From an uncultured delta proteobacterium (GTDB lineage: Bacteria; Desulfobacterota; Desulfobacteria; Desulfobacterales; B30-G6): a DNA stretch of 64,000 nt. Below, one piece after another: positions 52,175-61,510 of this stretch. The notes beneath the pieces were generated by a model. The model worked only from the letters and a program-made list of their open reading frames with translations, had not been told where the DNA came from and did not search any database. The stretch lies in NCBI GenBank assembly GCA_963823335.1, contig CAWGLD010000007.1, positions 64,001 to 128,000 of the forward strand, in the 5' to 3' direction. The translations under genes were made by a program, and so were the position numbers. How positions within the stretch are numbered: position 1 is the first letter of the stretch; every line of letters begins with the position of its first letter.

Positions 52175-53161
52175 ATGGGAAAAAACAGCTTGATCAAGTC
52201 CACCACCAAAAAGAAGCCTGCCACTGAAAAAGAAGACACCACCAATAAGGCCCAAAAGGACTCTGCCGCAGCAAAAAAAACGGCCAACCCAAAATCAGAT
52301 GTCAAGCCCGCAAAAAAGACAACCAAGGCCAAAGAAACCGCCAAGAAACAGCCGGCCGTAAAGGCGAAAGCCACCACCACCGATATAAAGAAAGCAGCAC
52401 CCGAGGCGAAAGCCCAGGCCCCGGCCAAACAGCCGCCCAAGGCCCGCATCGAGAAAAAAACCCTGCCGACGGAAAAGACATCCCCTTCGAGCGCACCGGC
52501 TTCCACCGACCACATGCCGCCCTCTGCAGCAAAACCGGCCGATCCAGCCGACAAGATGCTGTGTTACGGTGGGGCTGGATTTGTTCTTCTGGTACTGATC
52601 GTGGTGATTGCCAGCTGGATGAACACCCACAACTATTATGTCAAGTCCGGTAACGATGTCGTTGATATCTGGCAAGGTAAATTTTCACCCAAAGGAGCCA
52701 GACATCTCATCAGCTTTCCTGGATTGCAGCTGGCCGAACCCATCAAAGACACCTATACCGCCAAGGAAGTCTTTCCCATTATCTACCAGTACTATCTCGA
52801 CAAGGCCGATATGCTCCTCGATGTACCCGGGGTGCCCGATTTCGACGGCGTAAAAGGGAATCTCCACAAAGCCCAGGAATATGCCAGCACCCGGGAGATG
52901 AAAGCGGTCATCCAGAGCCGTCTCGACGCCATCAACCTCATGGTGCTGCTGTACAAGGCCGATGTCGCCGCCAGCAAAAACACCCCGGAGGATCTGAAAG
53001 CAGCCAGGGACTATCTCAAGGAGGCCCTTTCTTATCGGGTGGATGAACTGGAATCCACACGGATCAAACAGAAAGCCGATGCTGTCAAGATAAAACTGGA
53101 AGGTCTAAATTCCACGGCTGCCGGAACAGCTGCGGGTAAAGAAGATAAAAAGCAGCCCTAA
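52175..53161 (+). CDS. Hypothetical membrane protein (Lys/Ala-rich N-terminus, one TM helix, helical C-domain)
   Basis: Long ORF with low-complexity N-terminus and a hydrophobic segment. Confidence 0.7.
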   Translation: MGKNSLIKSTTKKKPATEKEDTTNKAQKDSAAAKKTANPKSDVKPAKKTTKAKETAKKQPAVKAKATTTDIKKAAPEAKAQAPAKQPPKARIEKKTLPTEKTSPSSAPASTDHMPPSAAKPADPADKMLCYGGAGFVLLVLIVVIASWMNTHNYYVKSGNDVVDIWQGKFSPKGARHLISFPGLQLAEPIKDTYTAKEVFPIIYQYYLDKADMLLDVPGVPDFDGVKGNLHKAQEYASTREMKAVIQSRLDAINLMVLLYKADVAASKNTPEDLKAARDYLKEALSYRVDELESTRIKQKADAVKIKLEGLNSTAAGTAAGKEDKKQP

Positions 53162-53191
53162 CGACCCTGTCGTGCTGAGATCGTTTCCACC

Positions 53192-54989
53192 ATGAAATAC
53201 AAGCAAGTCATCAGCGCATATATCCGCCTTTGGATGTGTGTTCCCATTGCGTTACTGATTCTGACCCCGATGATTGCCCGGGGTATGGAGTCTTTTCCCA
53301 AGCCGGGATGGCAGGATCGCCCGAATCCCATTGCCGGCAGCGATGCTGTTGTGGGAGGGGAGATCGCCATTTTCGCCGGGCAATACCCCAAAAGCCTCAA
53401 CTACTATCTCGACAACAACAGCTTTACAGTGGAAGTCTTTGGTGCCATGTTCGAGACACTGCTCTCCATGAATCCCATCACCCTTGAATACGAGCCCGGC
53501 CTGGCAGAAACATGGCGTATCTCCGATGATAAGAAAACATTCATTTTCTCGATTCACAAGAGCGCGCGCTGGAGTGACGGCCGCCCCATCACCGCCCATG
53601 ATGTCAAGTGGACCTTTGACACGATTCTGGATCCGAAAAACCTGACCGGCCCTCACAAGGTCAGTCTCGAGCGGTTTTCATCCCCCACGGTATTGGACGA
53701 GCACACCATTCGTTTCCAGGCCGAAGATGTGCACTGGATGAATCTGGGCGCCGTGGGTGGTTTTAATATCTTACCCAAACATGTGTTTGAAGGAAAAGAT
53801 TTCAACAAAATCAATTTTGAGTTCCCTGTGGTCTCCGGTCCCTATGAAATCGGTCTCATCGACGAAGGAATCTTTCTGACCCTGGAGCGCCGTGAAAACT
53901 GGTGGAACATCCATGCCCAGCGTTCACGGAACACCGCCAACTTTCAAACAATGAAATTCAGGTTTTATGCCGAGAGAGAGAATGCCTTCGAAGCCTTTAA
54001 AAAAGGACAGTTCGACCTGTTTCCCATCTACACCTCCCGGCTGTGGGTCAATGAAACCAAAGGTGAAAAATTTTCCAAAGACTGGATCGTAAAACAAAAA
54101 ATATTCAACCTGAATCCCATCGGTTTCCAGGGCTTTGCCATGAATATGCGCAAACCGCCCTTTGATGATATCCGGGTTCGAATTGCCATGGCCCATCTTC
54201 TGGACCGACCCAAGATGAACAGCACCCTCATGTACAGTCAGTATTTTCTGCATCGTTCCTACTTTGAAGATCTTTATGATAAAAACCACCCCTGCCCAAA
54301 CCGCCTGGTTGAATTTGACAAGGCCAGAGCCAGAGACCTGCTGAAACAGGCCGGCTGGGCGGTCAACCCGGCCACGGGAATTCTGGAGAAAGACAACCAG
54401 ACGTTCTCCTTTAAATTCCTGACCCGGCAAGCATCCACGGACACCTTTCTGGCCATCTATGCCGAAGATTTAAAAGACGTGGGCATCGAGTTGATCATCG
54501 ACAGGAAGGACTGGGCTGCCTGGGCCAAAGACATGGATGAGTTCAACTATGAAATGACGTGGGCCGCCTGGGGATCAGGGGTCTTCAAGAACCCGGAAAG
54601 CATGTGGTCCTCCAAAGAAGCCGAGAGAAAAAGCGGCAACAACATCACGGGATTCAAAAACACTGACCGTGGACACCCTCATTGAAAAGCAGAAAAGCAT
54701 TTTCGATGTTCAGGAGCGCAACGCCATTTACAGGGAAATAGACCGGATGATCTACGATGCGCACCCCTATGTACTGTTGTGGAATATCAACTATACGCGG
54801 CTCCTGTACTGGAATAAATTCGGTACACCCCAAACGGTTCTCTCCAAATACGGTGATGAAACCAGCGCGTACTGGTATTGGTGGATCGACAAGGATTCGG
54901 AGGCGGATCTGACCGATGCCATGCGCCAGGGATTGTCCCTGCCCCCCAAAGAACCCAACATTTTTTTTGATGAGATGTTTTCAGAATGA
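53192..54989 (+). pseudogene. YejA/OppA-type ABC substrate-binding protein, frameshifted near 54660-54668
   Basis: Frame 1 ends ...ITGFKNTD and the homologous sequence continues in the +1 frame as VDTLIEKQK...LLYWNKFG; pseudogene or sequence error. Confidence 0.75.
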
Positions 54990-55111
54990 CAGTATTCTCG
55001 TATCACAGGTTTGGGAGACTGTCGAAAAAGTCCAAAAACAGTGGTTTAAGTAGTTTAATATTAAAATTTAAAATAGACGGGTTTCATGTGGATTTTAGTG
55101 CTTATCCGTAT

Positions 55112-55330
55112 TTACGGATAATTTTTCGAGTCTGAATCTCCAACGACAGATGTCTGATCTTCAACCCAGCGGATATCGCCCGTTTTTGTTAAAAAGCGAT
55201 ACTCCTGTGTGTATTCTTCAACATCCTCGAGATGTTTCTGCAAAGATTCTACTTCTGTGGATCGAATCCTCAGTGACTGCAACTCTTTTATAAGTTCTCT
55301 TTTTGATTTCTGCAGATCTGCTTTTATCAT
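55112..55330 (-). pseudogene. PAS/PAC sensor-protein remnant
   Basis: KSKRELIKEL coiled N-terminus joined directly to the PAC motif EYRFLTKTGDIRWVEDQ, then a stop. Confidence 0.55.
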
Positions 55331-55420
55331 AGATCTCCTCCGAATCTAACATGACGTCCTATTTTGATTATACGCTTTCTCAAAAAAATTTGGCCCAATT
55401 TCTGTGTTGGCCCCTTGCTT

Positions 55421-55474
55421 CAACTACATATTGTATTTTTATTTCTTGACATACAACATATAGTATACTATGAT
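55421..55474 (+). promoter_or_regulatory. Sigma70 promoter with tandem NrdR-box-like operators
   Basis: TTGACA (55446-55451), 17 bp spacer, TATGAT (55469-55474); CAACTACATATTGTAT (55421) and ATACAACATATAGTAT (55451) match acaCwAtATaTwGtg. Confidence 0.65.
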
Positions 55475-55557
55475 ACGAAAAAATATTTTAAATATTCAGC
55501 AAGCCTACCTCTGAACCGTGACAATATCATGATTATAGAGGTTCTAAAATATTATTT

Positions 55558-55600
55558 GAAACCTCCCAAAGAGATTCCTGGTCTCTCAAGAGGTTTTTTT
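55558..55600 (+). terminator. Intrinsic terminator-like hairpin in the parA leader
   Basis: AAACCTC..AGAGA-loop-TCTCT..GAGGTTT followed by a T-run. Confidence 0.55.
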
Positions 55601-55834
55601 ATTCTGGTATATTGAAGAACCTCATAGCAAGCAACGAGAAATGTTCTGCCGTGCGCATTGCTTCCCAGCGACACTAAGGAATTCTGTCAGATTTTGATTC
55701 GTTGGCTAACCTCGCGACATGTGAAGCACTGCCACAGGCAGAACCCACGGGGAATACGCTCGCTGTTGCGGTTCAAGTTTGAACCATTTTTTTTCCGATT
55801 TTTCAAATCAAACAAAGTAGGAGGATTGGAGAAA

Positions 55835-56911
55835 ATGAGAACAATTTCGATTGCCAATCAAAAAGGTGGCTGTGGTAAGACGACCACCGCAATCAATCTA
55901 TCCGCCTGTCTTGCCCATAGGGGTAAAAGAGTACTTCTAATCGATATGGATCCTCAAGGTCACGTTGCGTTGGGGTTGAATATTGACAGCAACGATAAAG
56001 AGAATACAGTCTTTAGTGTCCTGGAGCCTTCCAACGGCAGCCGACTGTCGCTTGCCGATATTTCCGAAAACGTTGCAGAAAACTTCGATGCCGTGCCCGC
56101 AGATATTTCACTCAGCACCCTGGATCAGCACCTTTCAATGGTTGAGGGCAGAGAGACCCGCTTGAAACACGCAGTCAGCCGGCTTTATTCATTGTATGAC
56201 ATCATTATCATAGATTGCCCGCCGAGTCTTGGATTACTGACATTCAACGCCCTTATTGCCTCATCAGAAGTGATCGTGCCCATAGAGATGAGCTTGTTTT
56301 CTTTGCACGGGATCGGCAGACTCATGGAAATCATAGCGTCCATCAAGAAGAAAACCGGCCATGAAATCCATACAAGAGTTTTTGGAACAATGGTTGATAA
56401 GCGCACAAGAATCGCGAGGGAAGTGCTGGAAAATATTAGAAACCATTTTGGTGACACCATGTTTGAAGCGGTCATTCGTTCCAATGTCACCTTGAAGGAG
56501 GCCGCCGGGTTTGGGAAATCGATAATAGATTACTCAAAAAAGGCGAGCGGGTTCAAAGATTATATGATGCTTGCCGACGAAGTTCTTTTAGAGAAAGGAA
56601 CGGAGCATAGTCTGAACGTCGAGGATGACGAATCAATGTTCTTGGAATCGAATCTGGAAAAGCGCTTTTCCTATTATGGACCTGAAGCAAACTCCGTAAA
56701 GATCGGAGGAAGTTTTAACAATTGGAACCCATCCGATGAGTTTCGTATGGAACGTGATGAATATGGCACATGGACAAAGAAGATCTCTCTCAGACCGGGC
56801 ACCTATCAATACAGATTTATTGTCGATGGTGAATGGGTCGAAGATCACAATAATTCGAATTATATACATAATGCCTATGGTGGCCACAATTCGGTTTTGG
56901 AAATTCGGTAA
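55835..56911 (+). CDS. ParA/Soj family ATPase fused to a C-terminal CBM48/AMPK-beta-type glycogen-binding domain
   Basis: NQKGGCGKTT, DMDPQG and DCPPSLG motifs; C-terminus EANSVKIGGSFNNW...W...PGTYQYRFIVDGEW..D..N...N.YGGHNS; AGGAGG upstream. Confidence 0.88.
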   Translation: MRTISIANQKGGCGKTTTAINLSACLAHRGKRVLLIDMDPQGHVALGLNIDSNDKENTVFSVLEPSNGSRLSLADISENVAENFDAVPADISLSTLDQHLSMVEGRETRLKHAVSRLYSLYDIIIIDCPPSLGLLTFNALIASSEVIVPIEMSLFSLHGIGRLMEIIASIKKKTGHEIHTRVFGTMVDKRTRIAREVLENIRNHFGDTMFEAVIRSNVTLKEAAGFGKSIIDYSKKASGFKDYMMLADEVLLEKGTEHSLNVEDDESMFLESNLEKRFSYYGPEANSVKIGGSFNNWNPSDEFRMERDEYGTWTKKISLRPGTYQYRFIVDGEWVEDHNNSNYIHNAYGGHNSVLEIR

Positions 56912-56924
56912 AAGGACATCCTAA

Positions 56925-57473
56925 ATGGAAAAAAAGAGTCTTGGCAGGGGTCTTGAGGACATTGCGGATATTTTTATATCACAGAACAAGCAAAATATTC
57001 CTACGGCTGATTCAACATCGGAAAACATGAGAAAGGTGGTCAATGAATCCTCTCCCGGACATTCTTTTGCAGCGTCGGAGGAAAGCGTGTCTTTTTCTGA
57101 AGACGATATTATAACGGTAATAAATGAAAGACTCAGGGTGAATAGGAATTGCCTCAACACCGAGCGGCCTTTGGAACATGATCGCTCAGAAAAGGATGAT
57201 AAGCTCCGGACCAGGAATATGGAAAAAACCCCGTCAGATGACCCGGACGTCTGTGAAGTCACGGAACATGTTACCAGCAAAAAGAAAATGGGTTACGTAA
57301 ATACCCCCGATGTTCAAAAAAACATCGTAAAATCGCTTTTCCAGCATCTTCGTCGGAACTACAACATAAAGAATATTGAGTTGGTAAAAGAGAACGAGGT
57401 GTCCCGTCCAGGAATGAAAATTACAATTGAAAAGAATATTTTGATTTATGTCAAGGAGCAAGAAAACCATTAA
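56925..57473 (+). CDS. Hypothetical protein with ParB-like N-terminal motif
   Basis: MEKKSLGRGLEDI N-terminus; AAGGA RBS; 13 bp downstream of the ParA fusion. Confidence 0.7.
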   Translation: MEKKSLGRGLEDIADIFISQNKQNIPTADSTSENMRKVVNESSPGHSFAASEESVSFSEDDIITVINERLRVNRNCLNTERPLEHDRSEKDDKLRTRNMEKTPSDDPDVCEVTEHVTSKKKMGYVNTPDVQKNIVKSLFQHLRRNYNIKNIELVKENEVSRPGMKITIEKNILIYVKEQENH

Positions 57474-57480
57474 TTAATTT

Positions 57481-57797
57481 GGATCATCTCCCAAAGAGTT
57501 GATCCAAATTAAGGATTCAAGGATTCCAGGGGTCCAGGGTTCGAGTGAGATGAAGTAAGGCATCAGATAAATGCTTAAGCATTATAAAGAGTTAAAAGTT
57601 GTGAATTGGAAACGCAGCCTATGATATCCGGTGATTTGGATTATATGAAAAAGGAAAAGCTTCAGGAATTAAGAGATGAGATTGGGGATGTAAAGAGAAT
57701 GCTAAAAGCGATGATCAAATCCCTGGAAAACAAACACTTGAATCCTTGAATCCTGGACTCCTTGAACCCTTTCTCCCAACTTATTGGGAGAAGATCC
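57481..57797 (+). mobile_element. Small inverted-repeat element carrying a deleted four-helix-bundle pseudogene (57571-57749)
   Basis: Outer IRs GGATCATCTCCCAAAGAGTTG / CAACTTATTGGGAGAAGATCC; inner inverted octamer arrays; MLKHYKELKV + CELETQ...VKRMLKAMIKSLENKHLNP*. Confidence 0.7.
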
Positions 57798-57805
57798 ATT
57801 ATATT

Positions 57806-58777
57806 TCAGGTGAAGAGGTGACAACTCACGCTATGACCTGCCTTGTCCGTTTCTCTTGGGGCCTCTTTGCGGCAGACCTCCATAACGTCCGGGCATCGGG
57901 GATGGAAGCAGCACCCTTCCAGGGGGACGGATAGAGAGGGGGGGCCCTCCTCAATCGATGGCCATTGCGCCCTGTGTGATCCCGGACGCGGGACGGCTGA
58001 TATGAGCGCTTTTGTGTAGGGGTGCCTGGGGTGAAAAACGATGTCACCTGTCTTTCCAAACTCTACAATTCGTCCCAGATACATCACCGCAATCCGGTTG
58101 GAGATGTGACTGACAACACTCACATCGTGCGAGATAAACAGATAGGACAGGTGGTACTTCTCCCGGAGATCCAGAAGCAGATTGATAATCTGGGCCTGTA
58201 TGGACACATCCAGGGCACTGACCGGCTCATCGCAGACAATAAAATCAGGCTTCAGCGATATGGCCCGGGCGATGTTGATGCGCTGGCGCTGACCGCCCGA
58301 GAATTCATGGGGGTAGCGGTATAATGCATCGGCATCCAGACCCACATCTTTCAGGATGCCCCTGGCCGCTTCCTCACGGTCGCCACGGATCAATTTAAAT
58401 TCGGATATCCCTTCCGTAATGATGTCCAGAACATTCATGCGCGGGTTCAGGGACGACAGCGGGTCCTGAAAAATGATCTGAATTTTGCGCCGCAAGGCTC
58501 GCAGTTCTTTGCGGGACAGACCGGCCAGATCCCTGCCCTGGAACTTTATATGACCCGCATGAATCTTTTCCAGCCCCACCAGGGTCCTGCCGAGAGTCGT
58601 CTTGCCGCAGCCGGATTCCCCCACCAGACCGATGGTTTCCCCTTTCTGCAGCACAAAGGAGATACCGTCCACCGCCCGGACATGACCGATGGTCCGGGAC
58701 AGAATGCCCCTGCGAACAGGAAACCAGGTCTTGAGGCGGTCTACTTCAATCAGCGGGTAATGGTTTATTGAGTTCAT
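57806..58777 (-). CDS. Oligopeptide ABC transporter ATP-binding protein (OppF-like)
   Basis: [16 protein letters not shown] and DEPVSALD motifs. Confidence 0.93.
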   Translation of the reverse strand: MNSINHYPLIEVDRLKTWFPVRRGILSRTIGHVRAVDGISFVLQKGETIGLVGESGCGKTTLGRTLVGLEKIHAGHIKFQGRDLAGLSRKELRALRRKIQIIFQDPLSSLNPRMNVLDIITEGISEFKLIRGDREEAARGILKDVGLDADALYRYPHEFSGGQRQRINIARAISLKPDFIVCDEPVSALDVSIQAQIINLLLDLREKYHLSYLFISHDVSVVSHISNRIAVMYLGRIVEFGKTGDIVFHPRHPYTKALISAVPRPGSHRAQWPSIEEGPPSLSVPLEGCCFHPRCPDVMEVCRKEAPRETDKAGHSVSCHLFT

Positions 58778-58898
58778 TGCGTTTGTTGGGGTTACAATGC
58801 CAGGAAGCTGGGAGGCTGGGAAGCTATGATATTGCTATCAGCTACCCTTCAAACCTCCAACCCTTGTATCCCCCTTCAACCCTTTCTCGTCTGTTAGT

Positions 58899-59876
58899 TT
58901 ACTGGAATTTCCCCGCAATAAAACATGCCGCCCTGTGGTTGTCTGATACAGGAACCAATTCCGGCATCTCAGTTCTGCATTTTTCGAACGCAAAGGGGCA
59001 TCGATCACGAAACCGGCACCCAGACGGATAATGCTCCGGAGAGGGAACACTGCCGGGTATTACAGCCAGCCGATTTCCCTTGCCATCAGACAAACTGGGA
59101 ATCGATTTTAAAAGACTGTAGGTATAGGGATGCGACGGCGCCGAAAATATGTCCTCCATCCGCCCCTCTTCAACGATTCTGGATGCATACATCACCAGGA
59201 CCCGATCACACATTTCCCATACCACGCCCATGTCGTGCGTAATCAAAAGAATGGAAGTATGTTCCGTCTTCATCTCACGAATCAGTTGAAACACCTGGGC
59301 CTGTATGGTCACATCCAGGGCTGTTGTGGGCTCATCGGCAATGATCAGCTCCGGATTCATCATCAAGGCCATGGCGATCATGATGCGCTGCTGCATTCCC
59401 CCTGACAACTGGTATGGATAAGCATGCATCTTTTCCTCAGCATCGGGTATCTTTACCTTTCCAAGCCATTCAAGCGACATGTTCCAGGCCCTTTCTTTTG
59501 GTGTAGACTGGTGAATCTGGATCGTCTCCACCATCTGCTGACCGATTCTCTGCAAGGGGGACAGGGCTGATAATGGCTCCTGGAATATCATGCTGATTTC
59601 TCTGCCGCGTATCTTACGAACCGCCTCTATGTCGGCCATCAGAATATCGTTGTCTTTGAACAGAACCTGACCGCTCTCGATATTTCCCGGTGGAGAGGGG
59701 ATCAGACGCAGCAGGCTCAAAGCACTCACCGATTTCCCACATCCGGACTCCCCAACAAGACCGACGACCTCCCCGCGCTGAATGTCAAAGGACACATTGT
59801 CCACCGCGGTAAAATAAGCGTCATCGGTTTTGAATGACACCTTCAGATTCGATACGGAAAGAAGTGTCTGCTGCAT
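58899..59876 (-). CDS. Oligopeptide ABC transporter ATP-binding protein (OppD-like)
   Basis: [16 protein letters not shown] and DEPTTALD motifs. Confidence 0.93.
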   Translation of the reverse strand: MQQTLLSVSNLKVSFKTDDAYFTAVDNVSFDIQRGEVVGLVGESGCGKSVSALSLLRLIPSPPGNIESGQVLFKDNDILMADIEAVRKIRGREISMIFQEPLSALSPLQRIGQQMVETIQIHQSTPKERAWNMSLEWLGKVKIPDAEEKMHAYPYQLSGGMQQRIMIAMALMMNPELIIADEPTTALDVTIQAQVFQLIREMKTEHTSILLITHDMGVVWEMCDRVLVMYASRIVEEGRMEDIFSAPSHPYTYSLLKSIPSLSDGKGNRLAVIPGSVPSPEHYPSGCRFRDRCPFAFEKCRTEMPELVPVSDNHRAACFIAGKFQ

Positions 59877-61510
59877 CAGATCAGCCTCGTGTATCGCCTG
59901 GGATCATACGCATTGCGGACACCTTCACCCACAAACACACCCAGTAGCATGACAGTAAACAGAGCAAGGGATGGATAGAGAATCAGCCACCATGCCCATC
60001 GATACTGCTGGGCCTGATAAAGCAATTCCCCCCAGCTCGGCGTCGGGGACGGCAAACCGAAACCGAGATAGTCCAGCGCAGCCAGTGATCCGATAGCGCC
60101 CACCAGTGAAAAGGGGAAAAAGGTAATCACCGGAACCATGCCGTTGGGTAAAATATGCTTGAATATTATCTTAAAGGATGAGCCTCCCATGCATTTGGCA
60201 GCCTCCACAAAAGGAAGTTTTCGCAGACGCAGAAATTCCGCCCGAATGTAGTAGGATATCCCGATCCAGTTAAAGAGCCCGTAGCAGAACAACAGCAGGG
60301 AAAAACTCCGTCCGTAGATGGACCCCATGAGTATCATGATGTACAAAAACGGCAGGGCGCTCCAGATTTCAATGAACCGTTGACCTGATATGTCCAGTAG
60401 GCCGCCATAATAGCCTTGAAGTGCTCCGGCGGCAATACCCAGCGCCATGGACCCCACAACAAGCAGCAATCCAAAAGACATGGATGTTCTCAGCCCGTAA
60501 AGAATACGTGACAGAACATCGCGCCCGGCTGCGTCAATACCCATGAGGTGTCCCTTGACCGGTCGAAAAGGGAATCTGACGTCCTCCTTTAGAAATTCAA
60601 CGCGGTGCTTTCGACTGCCCATGGAAATCGTGAGGTTGTCCACGGGGCCATAATATCGATTCTGGACATTTTCTTTAATGACCGTCTGCTGAGCATCAGA
60701 GAGCGAGTCCCAGACATTTTTCGTCCCGGCCGTGGATACCTCCCCGAGCAGGGCCAGGTTTTCATCAAACCGAAGCTCGAAGGCATGTCCCTCGCCATCA
60801 ACACCCGGTGCTATCCCTTCCCTGAACGTAATTCTGACTGTTTTCGGCTTGCGCGCTTTTTGCGCGTGGGTCGACAGGGAGGCCTTGATATTGATGCCCT
60901 GGGGTCCTGTGGTCTCCATGGAAAGAAACGGTGCTTCTTTACCGTCAAACCTGAGCGCCATGGCAGCCCTGAGCTCCAATGGAATCTTTACATAATCGGT
61001 GATCGGCTTGTTCTGGAGGTCCTTGTCTGCCAAACCCACAAATGGGCCAAACCTGAAAGATTTCGCAATGGATAAATCATCTCGGATATCGGCTGTCCCC
61101 ACCATGGGAAGCAGTTTAAATGCGGCAATGACTTGATCGGATACATCGATAAGCGCCGGGTCGAGGCTTTGAAACGGGCCGTAGGGAATCGGTGGAAAAA
61201 CCATGAAATTCTCAGCTTTGTTCAAAAATTCAGAATTTGTATTCATCTGGTGGTAATCAGGCCGTGTATGCTTGCCGTTTCCCAAAAAGGTGTCTTCAGG
61301 ATAAAATTTGAGCACAGGAAAATAAGACTTGCCCTGAAACTTTACATAGAGGGGAACATTGTTGCAGATGATCTCGGAGCCCAGACTGAACAGATACAGA
61401 AGCGCAAGAATCCATAACGAAATATAGGCGCGCCTCATCTCCTTGAAGCGTGTAATTCGCCTGCGGGTCATAGGATTTTTAACAAGACGCGTTATCATCG
61501 GGATCTTCAA
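59876..61510 (-). CDS. ABC transporter permease (YejE-like) with large soluble insertion
   Basis: GRDVLSRILYG, FVEAAKCMG and PSWGELL motifs. Confidence 0.9.
   Translation of the reverse strand: MKIPMITRLVKNPMTRRRITRFKEMRRAYISLWILALLYLFSLGSEIICNNVPLYVKFQGKSYFPVLKFYPEDTFLGNGKHTRPDYHQMNTNSEFLNKAENFMVFPPIPYGPFQSLDPALIDVSDQVIAAFKLLPMVGTADIRDDLSIAKSFRFGPFVGLADKDLQNKPITDYVKIPLELRAAMALRFDGKEAPFLSMETTGPQGINIKASLSTHAQKARKPKTVRITFREGIAPGVDGEGHAFELRFDENLALLGEVSTAGTKNVWDSLSDAQQTVIKENVQNRYYGPVDNLTISMGSRKHRVEFLKEDVRFPFRPVKGHLMGIDAAGRDVLSRILYGLRTSMSFGLLLVVGSMALGIAAGALQGYYGGLLDISGQRFIEIWSALPFLYIMILMGSIYGRSFSLLLFCYGLFNWIGISYYIRAEFLRLRKLPFVEAAKCMGGSSFKIIFKHILPNGMVPVITFFPFSLVGAIGSLAALDYLGFGLPSPTPSWGELLYQAQQYRWAWWLILYPSLALFTVMLLGVFVGEGVRNAYDPRRYTRLI

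Noticed and set aside
55658-55834. N-terminal extension of ParA given by the ORF track
   Set aside because: It runs through a repeat element; the RBS and family N-terminus point to ATG at 55835.
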